A stretch of DNA of 64,000 bases from positions 12,042,909 through 12,106,908 of the forward strand of contig CM082580.2 of the NCBI GenBank assembly GCA_040954595.2. The letters are read 5' to 3'. The notes beneath the pieces were generated by a model. It worked only from the letters and a program-made list of their open reading frames with translations. It was not told where the DNA came from and did no database searches. Numbering within the stretch: position 1 is the stretch's first letter; every line of letters starts with the position of its first letter. Of this stretch, positions 13,901-28,932 are shown one piece after another. The position numbers and the translations under genes are program-made. The DNA comes from Balanoglossus misakiensis. Lineage: Eukaryota; Animalia; Hemichordata.

Positions 13901-16900
13901 ACATGCCATTGGAGAAGCAGCGTTGCAGATAGAAACTGAAGAGTTGAGTGTTTATAGTGGTCTCTACAGTCAGGTGTCATCTGTCTCTGTTGCCAAGGCA
14001 AATACACAATTCCAGTTTCCAAGCAACATGGATGAACTGTTGGCAGACATGGAGAGGAACGTGCCAAAGCATTGCTATGGTGTACAACTATTGGCCTTCA
14101 ATGGCAATCCATATACATGGAGTGAGAGCTCCTCTAAGGTAACAAGGTTTTCACACATGTTAATAGGTTTGTTTGCTTGTGAAGAATATTACTGTCAGAT
14201 AGAATTCACCCAAAACTGAACTACGAGATCTTACCAGATCAGATTTGGCATTCACAAGTGTCCCTTATGGAATAAAGTAACTTACAAGCTGTGTGGTCAT
14301 GGTTAGTTCAAATCTAGTAAATTGACTGTATGTTTTTTTTTTTCATTTTTTAGGTGGCCACAAGTGTGTCATCATTGGAGTTGCATGATTGTGTTGGCGA
14401 TGAAATGAAGATAGAACACATGAAAGAAGGAATCACCATGCAACTTCCAAGACATACACAAGAGGTAGGAGAACAATCACACTCAAACTCTAAGATGTGT
14501 CATGCTCATCTTTCATAAACCCAAAACCAATCTGATCTTTCTTTTCCACAGGATGAAAGTCAGGGTAATTTTACTTTTGACAAGAAATACGTAAATTACC
14601 ATGAATTCAATGTGAGTACAGTGAATATGGAGCAGTCATTACACATCGTCATCGAGCTTGTACCAGTAGACAAGAGAGGATTCCCGATCAACCTTGTCAT
14701 GAGGTATGTATGATTTACTACATCTTTCAAGTGACTTAGCCAAGCAATCTGGTGTTGAAACTCCAATTTATGCTACTTGCTTTGGACATGCACTTGATAT
14801 ATTTCCAAGTATTACCAAAAACACTAAATGTTGACTTATTTTCTTGTCTGTGTTATACCTCTAGTTATGATGAGCCACCCACTCCATATGAACACATGTT
14901 CCATAGATCTTTTACTGAAGACGTCAACTACATGAAGATATACTTTCCAGCTGGATACTTTAATAGTAAGTACCTTTGCAGTGTCCTTATACTTATAGTA
15001 TGAACTATGAGGGAATCTCAAGATATGTACCAGTGAGATCCGTCCTGAAAATAATTATAGATCTTCATAAAATTACATCAGTAATGAAAGTTTTAGGTTT
15101 ACTATTTTTGATTTTATTCATGCTTGATTAGTGAACCTTTTAATCCATAACTGAAAACGGTAATTAGAGGAAGTACAATAAATTTCTGTGAATTTTTCCT
15201 ACAGATTCAGGCGCATACTACTTGGGAATGATGGATGGAGAGTTTGGCCAGTACAGATATCGACCAGACTCTGTGACAAGCCGAGATTATTCCTTCAAAA
15301 TCTGGTGGGGAGAATGTCTCTACTGGAACCCTATGGCAGATACCTGGATTTCTGACGGATGCCAGACGATTGAATCCAGCGGATATGACAGCATTCACTG
15401 TAAATGCAATCATCTGACCAACTTTGGAGGTGGATTTTTCAACTCACCTAATGAGCTCAGTCTCACTGATATCAAACAGTTTGAGAGGTGTGTATTAAAA
15501 TTCATTATTTATTTGTTTATTTATTTCAGGCCATGTGCCAATACTGTAAAATATACAATACACAAAACAATTAAATTACATGAAGAAATTTTAGCTAACA
15601 TCTTTATCTGTGCATGATCTTGTGGCTGAGGGAAGTCTGAAAGTAAACAAACAGTTTAGTGTCATGATGATAACAATGCATAGTGTGAAATTCAGTGGTT
15701 ACCTATCAATGGGCACTTATGTTGTTAGTAATCTGTTAAGTAAACTTTGTTGTTTATGTAACAGTCAACAGTTATGATGATGTAGTACATGAAAGTCAGA
15801 ACTCGAAATCAGCATTATTTTTTTTTCATTTCAGAACTACATGGAATGCAGTGACTTCTTCATTTGTTGGTGTTCTGTTTGCCATCTTCTTGATTTTACT
15901 TGTGTATTGTCACCATGCCGATACGCATGATGAAAAGAAACGAGGCACTGTGTACCTGCAAGACAACCAGCCATCCGATCAACAATGGTAAGCTGGTCTA
16001 ATTGCTTGAGGAAAAGAACAGTAAAACTATTGTACTTTGTATTTCTTCAGGGAAATTTCATAAAAACAACATGAATGTTTTTTTCCGTTCTGCAGTTACG
16101 AAGTTTTAGTGGAGACTGGATTCCGCAGTGGGGCAGGCACCACAGCCAAAGTCAGTCTGGTTCTTCATGGTGATGTTGGACACTCCGAAACCAGAGAACT
16201 GACCTATGAAAACAAACCACTCTTTGAGAGGAATTCAAGAGACAGGTTTATTGTCAGGTATAGTGAAAAGTGATACTAAATCTTCCAGATTCCATTATAT
16301 GATCATAATGGACAGCAGATTTATATATGAAACCATATTTGCATTTCAGTGTTCCGGAAACTCTTGGCAACATCTACAAGATTCACGTGTGGCACAACAA
16401 TGCTGGTGTATCTCCAAGCTGGTTTCTCAGCAGAATGGCTGTACGTGACCTCATCACTGGACAAAAGTGGTACTTCATCTGCGAGAAATGGTTTGCCGTA
16501 GAAGAAGATGATGGCAAAGTAGAGAGAGACCTCTTTGCTCAAGATCATGGAGTTGGCTTTCAGAAGGTATAATTAATGGCTTGGCTTTGCCTAACAATTT
16601 GAAAAGCTTCAGTCATGATATAGTACATTGAAATTGGAACCCAGAAAATCAAATACTGTAAATTTCGGACTGCAGAAATACTGTAGGTGTGAGTTGGAGC
16701 TTGAATGAATTTAGACAGCTATATCCTTCAATCTTTTGCAGGTCCTTCTTGCCAAAGGATCACAATACTTTGCAGATTATCACCTGTGGAGTTCCGTATT
16801 CACCAGACCAGCACATAGTAGATTTAGCAAAGTACAGAGATTGACAGCATGTCTGGCTATTCTTCTTGTTTTCATGTGTTTTAATGCTATGTGGTATCGA

Positions 16901-19900
16901 TTCAATGACCGACCGGTGAGTACATGTATGTCTCTCCTTCACTTGATACTTTATCAGAAAGGTTATTTTATTTTAGTAAAAACATGACCCACTTTCACTT
17001 AAAAAATTTTACCACTCTTTTTCCAGGAATGGTCCACACACCTTGGACTTATTGATGTGTCTATTGAGTCGGTTTGTGTTGGGATCGTCACTGCATTAAT
17101 TGCATTGCCCATAAATGGTCCCATTGTCATGTTATTTAGAAGAAGTCGGGTGAGTGAAAAAACATCCTCACTCCATTTTGCATTCCATATTTCCTTTCCC
17201 ATAATGTTTGATATACAACACTCTGATGTGTCTTTTATTTGACGTCTATTCTTATTTTATTCCTCAATACAATAGCCAAGAAAAGTTGCCAGCCAATCAG
17301 AGAAGCTGTATACAAGAAAGAAAAGAGTCAGCCAGATATCATCCAATGGTAGGCTAACTTGTTCTCACATGTACATGTATGCTTATACTGATTGGCTACT
17401 CAACAGTATCACCAGGTTTTCAGATTTTGTCATTTGCATAATGTGGAGGGAAAACTTACACTCTCTATTCTCAGTCAGAAAAAGTTCCTGTTTGACTGTT
17501 CTTTTTATTTGATGATACGAGAATAGATGAGATTGACTTTGCCATGATATATCAACACTTTAGAAGCTTGGAAGGCTTCCAAATGCTAACATTACTTTTA
17601 TATCCACTGACACAGAAACCGTGGATACATTCCTGACAAGTGGCCAGACTGATGATGCAGATTATCCATCACTAGTTGAACAGACGGCATGGACGTGGCA
17701 TAGTCTTCAAACATGGGCGCAGGATAAATGGAGATACAGGCATAGATTCCAGGTATGAACTCATCCACACTTGTCAGTGTTCTGTGATTCTCTCTACAAT
17801 AGATATGGCCAACTGTGAACATTAGTATCTAATTTTACAGCTGAATAAGTTACATCGAAGCAAACCAAATAGACTAGTTTGCTGTTGAAAAGTTTTTGAT
17901 GTAGACTGCGACTTTACAAACAACAAGACAGCTTTAGACATATAAGTTCTCAATAAAAAAAGCACAACTAAAGTGCACTCACTATGTTTGTGTTTGCACA
18001 GGATCTGTTGAGTGGCAGTAAGGAAAGTCTCCATTCAGACCCAGGGGTTGTCTTGGATAGAGATTCTTCAGACCAGTCCTCGGAACCCAGGGGACCTGTA
18101 CAAGTCATCCAACAACAGCCCTCTAGACCACAACAGATACCACCGCAGTACGACTCAACCAGTTGTTCCAGTGGCTTTGGTGATGTCAGCAGTGAAGACA
18201 GAAACAGGTATGCAGTCAACACACTCATTCCAACAGACAGGTGGAGAAATTGCTTTAAAAATGTCTAGATACATTTGGTACTATTTGATTAGTTTTAAAA
18301 GAGTAATGAACATTAATGATTTTCCTTAGATTGCTGTCTGACAATGACATGGCTACCACTGAAACAAACAGTGTGACATCAACCATATACCAAGAGAAAG
18401 CACACCACTCTGTTCACAAGAAGTTCCAGAAGATCTACATTCCGTATTGGTGTCGCTATATTGCATGGTTTCTGATTGTCCAAGTCATCTTCTGGTCAGC
18501 TTTCTTCACAATACTCTTTGGTCTGAGGTAAGTTTATAAAATGTGAATTTGATGATGATGATGATGACCGCGATGATGATAATAATGATATTGATGATGA
18601 TGCTTTGCATATCAAGCCAAGCAATCACATAATCATATCATATTTGATTTCATGACAGCTTTGAGAAATCCAAGTCAGTGATGTGGATCCAGTCACTCTA
18701 CTTCTCAATTCTGCAATGCGTGTTTATTACACAGCCACTAGTGGTAAGTCCTGTATTCACTTTTCAGCCATTGCAAGCTGTAATACAACTCAGTCTGTTC
18801 TGAAACAGAAATGACACTTTGCCTCTGATTTCATTCCAACGTGACTTGAATTCCCCAGTGTTATTTGTTTATCAAGTGAAGACTATTTTTTACAATTATG
18901 ACATGTTCTGTTTTAGATATTGGTAATGTCACTGCTGAGGGCATGTCAGTACCAGTACGACATCCGAGTATTTGACCACACTGATGACAATACAGAATTA
19001 CAGGATCCTGGAGACCAGCCCAAATCCAGACTTGATTACTATGGTGATTTTGATGACCTTGCAAAGGTGAGAGGTCATAACGCAGATAATGTACATGTGT
19101 TTTATGAAAAAAATATCTGAGTTGTGTACCTTTGTGTTCATACAGAACACAAGGACTCTGGATTAAATGAGTGTTATGTTTTGCCCCTCCAGGGAATTGC
19201 TGCCAGGCAGAGATCCAGATATCTGCGGTTTGCCAGACCACCTCAGGAGAAAGAACTGCGGAAAGCCAAAGAAAGAATGCTAAAAGAGAAGAAAATGTAT
19301 TCTATACTAAAGTAAGTTCATGATAAAAGTAGACTAAAACATTTACCAGGTATACATACTGGTACATACAGATTTTCAACCAACTACATTTGTATAATAA
19401 AAAAGGTGTTCTGTGCTTTTTTTCGTCCACAGGGGTTGGTTGTTCTACTGTGTTCTCTTCATCTGTATCATGTGGATCTGTTACGGCAAGTTCCACAATC
19501 AACACGTCATGCTCAACGAGTCTGTAAAGAACACATTTGTCAGAACTCCCCACCCCTTCACTGATATCAAGTCAGTCTCTGACTTCTGGACGTGGTGCGA
19601 GAATGACCTGCTGAATGGACTCTACTGGGACAACTGGTACAACGACAGAGCAGTGTACGAGGACCGTGGTACCATCATGGATGGCAGTCTTATACTACTC
19701 GGCAATCAAGCATCGTTACGGCAACTGCGGGTGCCACCTTCGTCGTGTTCTGTTCCAGATCAGATGTCTGGACTGGTGGATGACTGCCGTGCTGGTTACC
19801 AATCGTCCAACAATTACAGGAGTGCATATGGACCCAATGAGACGTGGACATACAGAGGAAGTAGTGACATTGTGAGATACTGTAAATGGGGACGATTCAG

Positions 19901-22900
19901 TCACTATGATGGAGAAGGTTATGTTGTCATTCTCAATGGATCCAGGTATGTGTGGTGGTGGTGGTGGTGACCAATGTCATGGTCCCAGGACTAAATTCAA
20001 GCTTGATTATTGTATGCAAATAGTATGTTGTCATTCTTCATCTAACCTCTTTTTTTTATCAACAGGCTGGCAGCATCAGAACAGTTGCAACTGCTGCAAG
20101 AAGAAAACTGGATAGATGTCCACACTCGGGTTGTGATAGTAGAATTCACTCTGTACAACCCACCTACCAACCTGTTTACGTAAGTTAATAAGTGTGTATT
20201 AATGTGTGTTAGAAGAAGGTACTTTTTATCACTCTGAAATTATTGAAGACACATCTTTGTAGATAAAAGAACTTTATATCATATTGTTTTCTTGCACATT
20301 GCATATTGTTGGTGTTATTTAAATAACATACGTTCAATAATAATTACTTTCAGATCTGTAGCTTTGCTGCTTGAAATGCCTGGCACTGGAGGTGTTTATC
20401 CGTTCCCTATCGTATCATCAGTTATGCTCTACAGATATGAAACTTTCTATGATTACTTCATCATGGTCTGGGAGGTGAGTCAGTCACTAATCTCCTCTGG
20501 TCCTTTCTTTAAAGCAACAAAGATTATGCTGAATAGATACCGGTAGTTACAGTACGTCAGTGTTGTTATGTGATTTGAAGAACTGAGTTATCACATTCAG
20601 TATGACAATAAAGATCAAAACAGAATTTTTTTCAGCAAATGTGGTGTGATCTTTTAAGCTCACAGGGCCAGGATTCTATTTTAATAAACATTTTAAATAA
20701 ATCTATTTTTGTTTCCATGACAGCTAATGTTCCTTGGTCTGGTGGTGTACTCTATCAAACGTGAAATCTACAAAGCCATTAAAGAGAAGAAGGAGTATTT
20801 CCTACAAATCTGGACATACGTAGAGGTAAATTGTTTTCAGTAATAAAACTCACTCCACATCTGTACAGTTATGATAAACGCCAACAATTATGTAGAAAGC
20901 CTGTGAAAGTTGTTTGGATAATGCTAGTTGTAGATGTTATGAAAGGTAACTTGATAAATGTGAAATACTGATTTAGTAATTTTTCCACTCGTATATTGAA
21001 CTCCAATTTTTTTTTTGCTCTTCAGATTCTGTTCAGTTTATTCTCACTGCTCTTCTTTGGTTGTTACGTCTACCGATGTGTGTACGTCAATCAGATCAGT
21101 GAGAGACTACAAGCAACTTACCATGAACAGTTTGTTGATATCTCATTCTTAGCATTCTGGGACCAGGTAAAGTACTCTGCATTGATATCTCTGATTTCAT
21201 TCACGAACTGAACAAGAACCTCATGAGACTTCTTCACCATTTACAAATTTGAATTTAGGAACATCACATTGTTACTGTCTTGTTTCAGGTTCTCAGAGAT
21301 GTCGGTGGTACCATCATTTTTCTTGTCACACTCAAGGTCTTCCATGCGCTACGTTTTCTCAAAGTTGTGGCCAAGATTGGCAACATCGTCAGCTGTGCTA
21401 TCAAGCAGTTACTTGTTTTCACAGTGAGTGTCTCAACTTTTGTCAGGGTATTTCCATTAATTTTGTACCTTTTGTAGTGAAGTACCTCATCACACTCCTT
21501 TGTTTATTACGTTAAAAATGACATCTACTGAACATTCAATGTTTTTTTCACAGCTGTGGTACACAGTGATTCTCATCATCTTCAGCGCTGTTGGAGTGTT
21601 GGTGTTTGGTTCAATGACTTGGGCTTTCAGTGACATTGGCTTTGCTGTACAGACCATGACAGCCACTATCCGAGGTGCCTATGACTACAGTGAATTGGAA
21701 AAGGTCTACCCAGTGGCTGTTCCTGTCTTCTATATATCTTACTTCATAATAATTTTAATACTGCTACTTGGTATGGTGAGTACATGAAATTTGTTTTACA
21801 CATACAGTATTGGTCACTCAAGTGTTACTGCTACACTAGTGACCACTTAAATATTACTCAAAATGTCCCTCATGTTTAGATACACGAGAGGTTTAGAGTC
21901 AAAATATCAGTTTTTCCTTTCACGTATTATCGATCGATCGATGGTTAATGTTATTTTCTAATCTGTCTTGTCAGATGAAATCATTACTGAACCGTCACTA
22001 CAAAGAATCCCAGAAACAGGATACGTCTTCCGTTGACTTCCACGAAGTCCTGTTCTTCACTTGGAAAAAATTCCTGTGGTGCACGGGATTACAGAAACCA
22101 CCATCTGATGAGGATGCAAACGGCGAAGGCATGGTACCATCGGTGAGTTGGAATACTCAACTGACATTTACTGTACATTCTGGTCTGAAAAATGCAAATC
22201 CTGCGTATGACTTGTATCATTTGCAAAGCTCCATTACCAAGGCTATTTGCTAAGCCCTGCTGGCAAGACTTTTGAACCCCAACCCACACCATGAATCATA
22301 TATATTTTCAGCTGGTAGGAGTAATTATTCCAGTTGACTTATACTACTGATAAATGAACAAATATATGTTGTGTTTTGTTTGGATTTTCAGGAGTTCACT
22401 TTGGCAGAGTTTGAATATCAAGTGGACGAGTTGGAATTCCGAATCAATGCAATATCTCATCAACATGGTCTGCCAGAGAAACCCTACAATTACTTTGATG
22501 ACAGCGATGGCACTTATGGAATTGGTGATGATGGTATATCCAGCAGTGGATCAGAAGTAAGTTTGTTAATATTAGATATGTTTTATTATGTCAGCAAAAT
22601 TGTTGATGATTCTAACAAGAGTGCATGTGTATCTGTGTTGTCATCACTGACTCACACCATTCCTCTCTTCCTAGGTGAGACTGTTTCATGGCCAAAAGTT
22701 TGATGAAAGAATTCAGAGAATTGAAGATGATCTTTACGGACAGAACCCAGAGCTGAAAGAACTTGTGGATTATTACAGATTTGATAACGGATTTATCTCC
22801 AGTGATAGGGAAAAACAACTCAGGTGGGTAACTTATCTATCAGAAAAAAAGATTGTTTGGACATCTCAGTTTGTAGAACAGCATTAATAATGTATACAGA

Positions 22901-24081
22901 TCGTTCAAGTCATTTTAGAGCTGATGCAGTAGAGAGCAGTAAATCTTAAATCGACTGGAATTTTATTGTTTACTGATACCAAGCACATGGATATCCTGTT
23001 TAACAGGTCAGAACTGGAAATGGAAATTTTCAGACAACTGCAGCTACAGAGGCAGGATGGCAATCTCAAGATTGAACAGCATGATAGTGGTAGGGACTCG
23101 GTGTCAGACCAGCAAGATTTGGTAGTTGAAGAAGTACCACCATCCCCTCTGCCATCACTGAGAAACAGTGATGGTAAAATAGAATTTCCCAAACCATTGG
23201 TTGACATAGGTAAGCATTTCACATTGTGAAAAAAACCTAGAATAGAACTACGGTACTATACAATAATGAAAAGGGACTTTTTTCTGCTCAAAAGTGATGG
23301 GCAAGTTACAAAAGAAATAAGAAAGAAAGATATTTATGTTACGGACTTTTAGATTAATTACATGTATTTGTTTTACACCTTGGATGTTTGTAAAGGTCTC
23401 ACAGACGACGCATCTGTGAAGAGTGATCAGACAGCACACACTATTATAGAAGTCAAACCAGCCTGCTGTAGGAAGGGACAGACAGGGGAAGATGATTGTG
23501 CCTGCTCTATATGCAACAGTGAGTCAGAAAGCACATCGTCTCAATGCAGCAGCCAACGAGCTTGTCACCCGACAAAAGATAAGCAAGCAACCAAACTGTC
23601 GCAGCGTTACACTCGCTACGACAGTTCTACGTCAGGATACACCAGCGATAACATTCCAATGCATTTCAGACAGACAAAAAGTGCCGGTTCGGGCCGTTCA
23701 AAATCCCTGCCGCGGCCACCTGTGAGTGAGCTGATTCGAGACGAGCCAGTTGACTCGTCGGCCAGCAGCGATGTGCCGAAACATTCAGAGAGCTTTCCGA
23801 CTCTAAACGCCCTCTTCTCCTCGCAAGAAAATCTGTACGAATCGACGTCAGAGGAGAACGTCAACAAAATAACGAAGCAGAGACCGAAGACCTGCAAAGA
23901 ACCGGAAGGAAAGCGTAAATTGCGGAAGACAAAAACACGAGGAAAGGGTAAAGGAAAGACCAGAATGACGGACGATGATTACACCTTCAATAATGCAGTG
24001 CATCGCAGTGGATCAGACAGCGACTCAGAAATACCAACTATACAGATGTACCCGTACGGAACGAGTAAAGATTGCTGGTAG
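1978..24081 (+). CDS. PKD1L1: Polycystin-1-like 1 (PKD1L1-like), multi-exon, 5' end probably upstream of the window
   Basis: At least 13 PKD/Ig-like repeats (DFGDG, WDFGS, DYGDG, WSMGD, WDMGD, WDFGD cores; 1978-9000). REJ module (~9190-13700; LDGDVSYDPD, CMVSPGSGVEMDTVFSITCREWTD). GPS CLYWNPMADTWISDGC...CKCNHLTNF (exon 15205-15487). PLAT/LH2 (16096-16566; IHVWHNNAGVSPSWFL). TM segments and polycystin channel region (19432-21775). PKD1L1-type motifs ARQRSRYLRFARPP and EFTLAEFEYQVDELEFRINAI. Last exon ends ...SKDCW* at 24081. No start codon or signal peptide found; the first exon opens at a tttcag acceptor. Confidence 0.88.
7978..8046. mobile_element. Truncated Tc1/mariner-pogo-type MITE end in a polycystin intron
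   Basis: Ends ...CAGGTTGGACTG followed by TA, similar to the terminus of the complete element at 58736-58884. Internal AAGGCCAC occurs twice. No matching left TIR seen. Confidence 0.4.
12038..12160. repeat. Degenerate intronic repeat built on (AT)TTCTATAG(A)
   Basis: About six copies or variants of TTCTATAG/TTCTATG/TTCTGTAG at irregular ~20-bp spacing. Confidence 0.6.
18550..18602. repeat. Imperfect (GAT)n microsatellite, intronic
   Basis: tgatgatgatgatgatgaccgcgatgatgataataatgatattgatgatgatg. Confidence 0.7.
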
Positions 24082-26852
24082 AGTTGAAGCTGTCATTCAG
24101 AGGTCCTCTATATTCAAAGAAACATAGAATATATCAATTACACTTAGATCCAAGGTTGATGTCATGAACAGAAAGCTTGGAATATTTTCTATAGTCCTAC
24201 ACCAGAAGTCATGTTCTGTATAACAAGGCATTCTCAAAACATGAGAATGTAAACCTTTAGGAACTTAACAATATTGTGCTTTAGCAATATTGTGTAGTGA
24301 ATTTCTTTTATATTTTATGTTACATATTTTTTTGTAAACCGAAACTGACGGATAAAAAGACTTGCACTGATATGCTTTATAAAAGCATACATTTTATGCG
24401 AAACTAACTGTATTTGTATGTTTTAGTACCTGTATGATATGTTTCTCCACTTAAAGTGCAGTTTATAAAGGTTTTCTTTTATATGTGCCTTCCACCTCCC
24501 TCCCCTAGTTTCCTACTGTAGTGGTATGACCCAGTATACTGTAACAGTATGGATAGTGGACTAGTACACTGTCAACAGGGGTAGGGGATAGGTGACGATG
24601 TACACATGTACTTGCAATATTTGTGTATTAATTTTTTTTATCACCTCAGGAATAGTAAATGCTGTTATTATCTCATTTTTATACATGAAAAGTCAGGTTT
24701 ACATGGTTTATGCTTGGCCACTCTGACTTGAATTTGTAATCGTAGTCTAGAGAGAAAATTATTTAAACGTCTCTCCCTTCCATTCTACTTGGGGATTATT
24801 TCCTTCCAAATAATTAAGTCAATTACTAGTAAATCTCTGGTACACTTTTGCACCAGGTCAAAGGTCAGGATCAAAAAGGTGACATGTATGGCACATAACC
24901 CTGTATAAAAGTATGAGAAATTTGTAAGGATTTACTACTTGGTAATATTGTCATAAACAAATATCAATAATCAAGTTGATAAATGATAAGGTTGATATGA
25001 CATCATTTATTGATCAAGTTTTAACGTCACTTTTTTTAACTTCATTTATTTATCAGTGATGAAACAGTGGTAGTGATAACAGGATGTACAGGGTTGTTGA
25101 ATCTGTTTAGGATATTGTATACTGCCCTTCTTTACCACACAACATATCTAGGTGTGTTGGTTATTTCAGAGATGATCATGCTTGATAATAATGTAAATAA
25201 TCCATCGATTTTATATAATCTTCATACCGTCAACTGCTTGATAACTTTACCACCATCTTCGTATTCATCGGTGTAATCAGGATTTCAAACAGACACAAGA
25301 TTGTTGGTCCAGTTTCAAATTATTATTGACATTTGAAGTTCAATCACAGTGCCTCAACAACTGGACCATGGTTCAATGTAGTGGTCATCTTTCTGGTGTG
25401 AAATTCTAAAAATCATGTATAAAACAGCTAGCACCTATCGTGTGTGTTGAATAAAAATTGCTTATGTTTATCTTTCAAACTTTTCAAAAACCATGACATA
25501 ATTTGTAAAAGTTGAGAACATTATCTATTCATATAGAAGATTTTTGTTTCAGCTGACGTACTCTGCAGATGTGAAATCCAAACCTGGTGAATATTCGCAT
25601 GTCAAAATAAACTCAGTCACTGATAACTCTATTGGAAAAATAGGTTAACAACCAAATACTGTTGAATTCAGCTTTATACACTATGCATGTTTTTGTTTTT
25701 TTTGTATTTTTTATATTGTAAATAACTATTTATTCATGGAAACATTTTATTTTCCATAACATTTAAATATTTCCCCAAGATATTTGATAAAATTCCCGTT
25801 TCATTTGTTTTTGTCCAGTCACTGATGAAACCAATTTTTGTAGTATTTTTATAAGATAAAACTAGCTTTTTTTTTCCTTTTCATTTCTGAAAAACTGGAT
25901 TTATATTTTATATGAAACATATACAAAAAAGAATAAAAGTTAATACGTAGATGTTGTGGTAATTATTCTGTTGGTGCCCTTTGAGACTGAGTTGCATTAT
26001 ATTGTCCTCACAGGATTGCTTGCAGAGGATAAACATGTGTGTGGACACCAGGCCCAGGCAAATCTGACCAAACCAAAGCTGCAGAGTGGATTGACCATTG
26101 CCAAAAAGTATGTGCAAATCCGATAGATATAGGGGAACTTCTGGTAACTGCTATTACTGGCAGTATGGGTGATTGTATGCATCAGAGTGTGTTTTCAATT
26201 CTAATCCTTGCAATGTAACTGCATGAGGCCAAGAACAGATCAAAATACCAAAGAAGTTTGTTCATCAAAATTCTTTATTTACAGTATTAAAACTAATACG
26301 AGAACACATCCACTGGGAAAATATTTCACTTAAATACAGAGTCGGAGACGCTGAAAAATTCAAGTACCCAGAAACCACAATTATCTGGATCTCTACTTTA
26401 TTTCTAGCATTCGTTACAATTTCTTTTCAGTAACTTCAATTTCATACACCAAAACATTTCAGTTACATGGCTAATAAATAAGATATTAAATTTACATTAA
26501 CCCAAGTAGATATTTTTAAGTTCAATGTACAATATCCAATGTAAGTTAGGAAACAGGCAGTGACTCATCTCTTGATATGTAATATCCTTCCCTGTTCACT
26601 ACAGAACAAATTGTGTTAAACAGTACAATAAATACATCACTTGAAGTTGATGGATTACTAAAAGTCACATGCTTCCAAATGGCAAATAGTCCAATGTTAC
26701 ATGTAGAACTTGTGCAGACCCCTACAGTTTAGGCCTTTGGCTTTCAACATCACTGTTTTGCTGATATTTATTTCTAATGGATGTGGTAGCATCCATTTAC
26801 AAGAGTTAGTCAATGGAGTGATGCAGGCAGCACTACACTGTATCTCGTAGGC

Positions 26853-28932
<2,080 letters not shown>

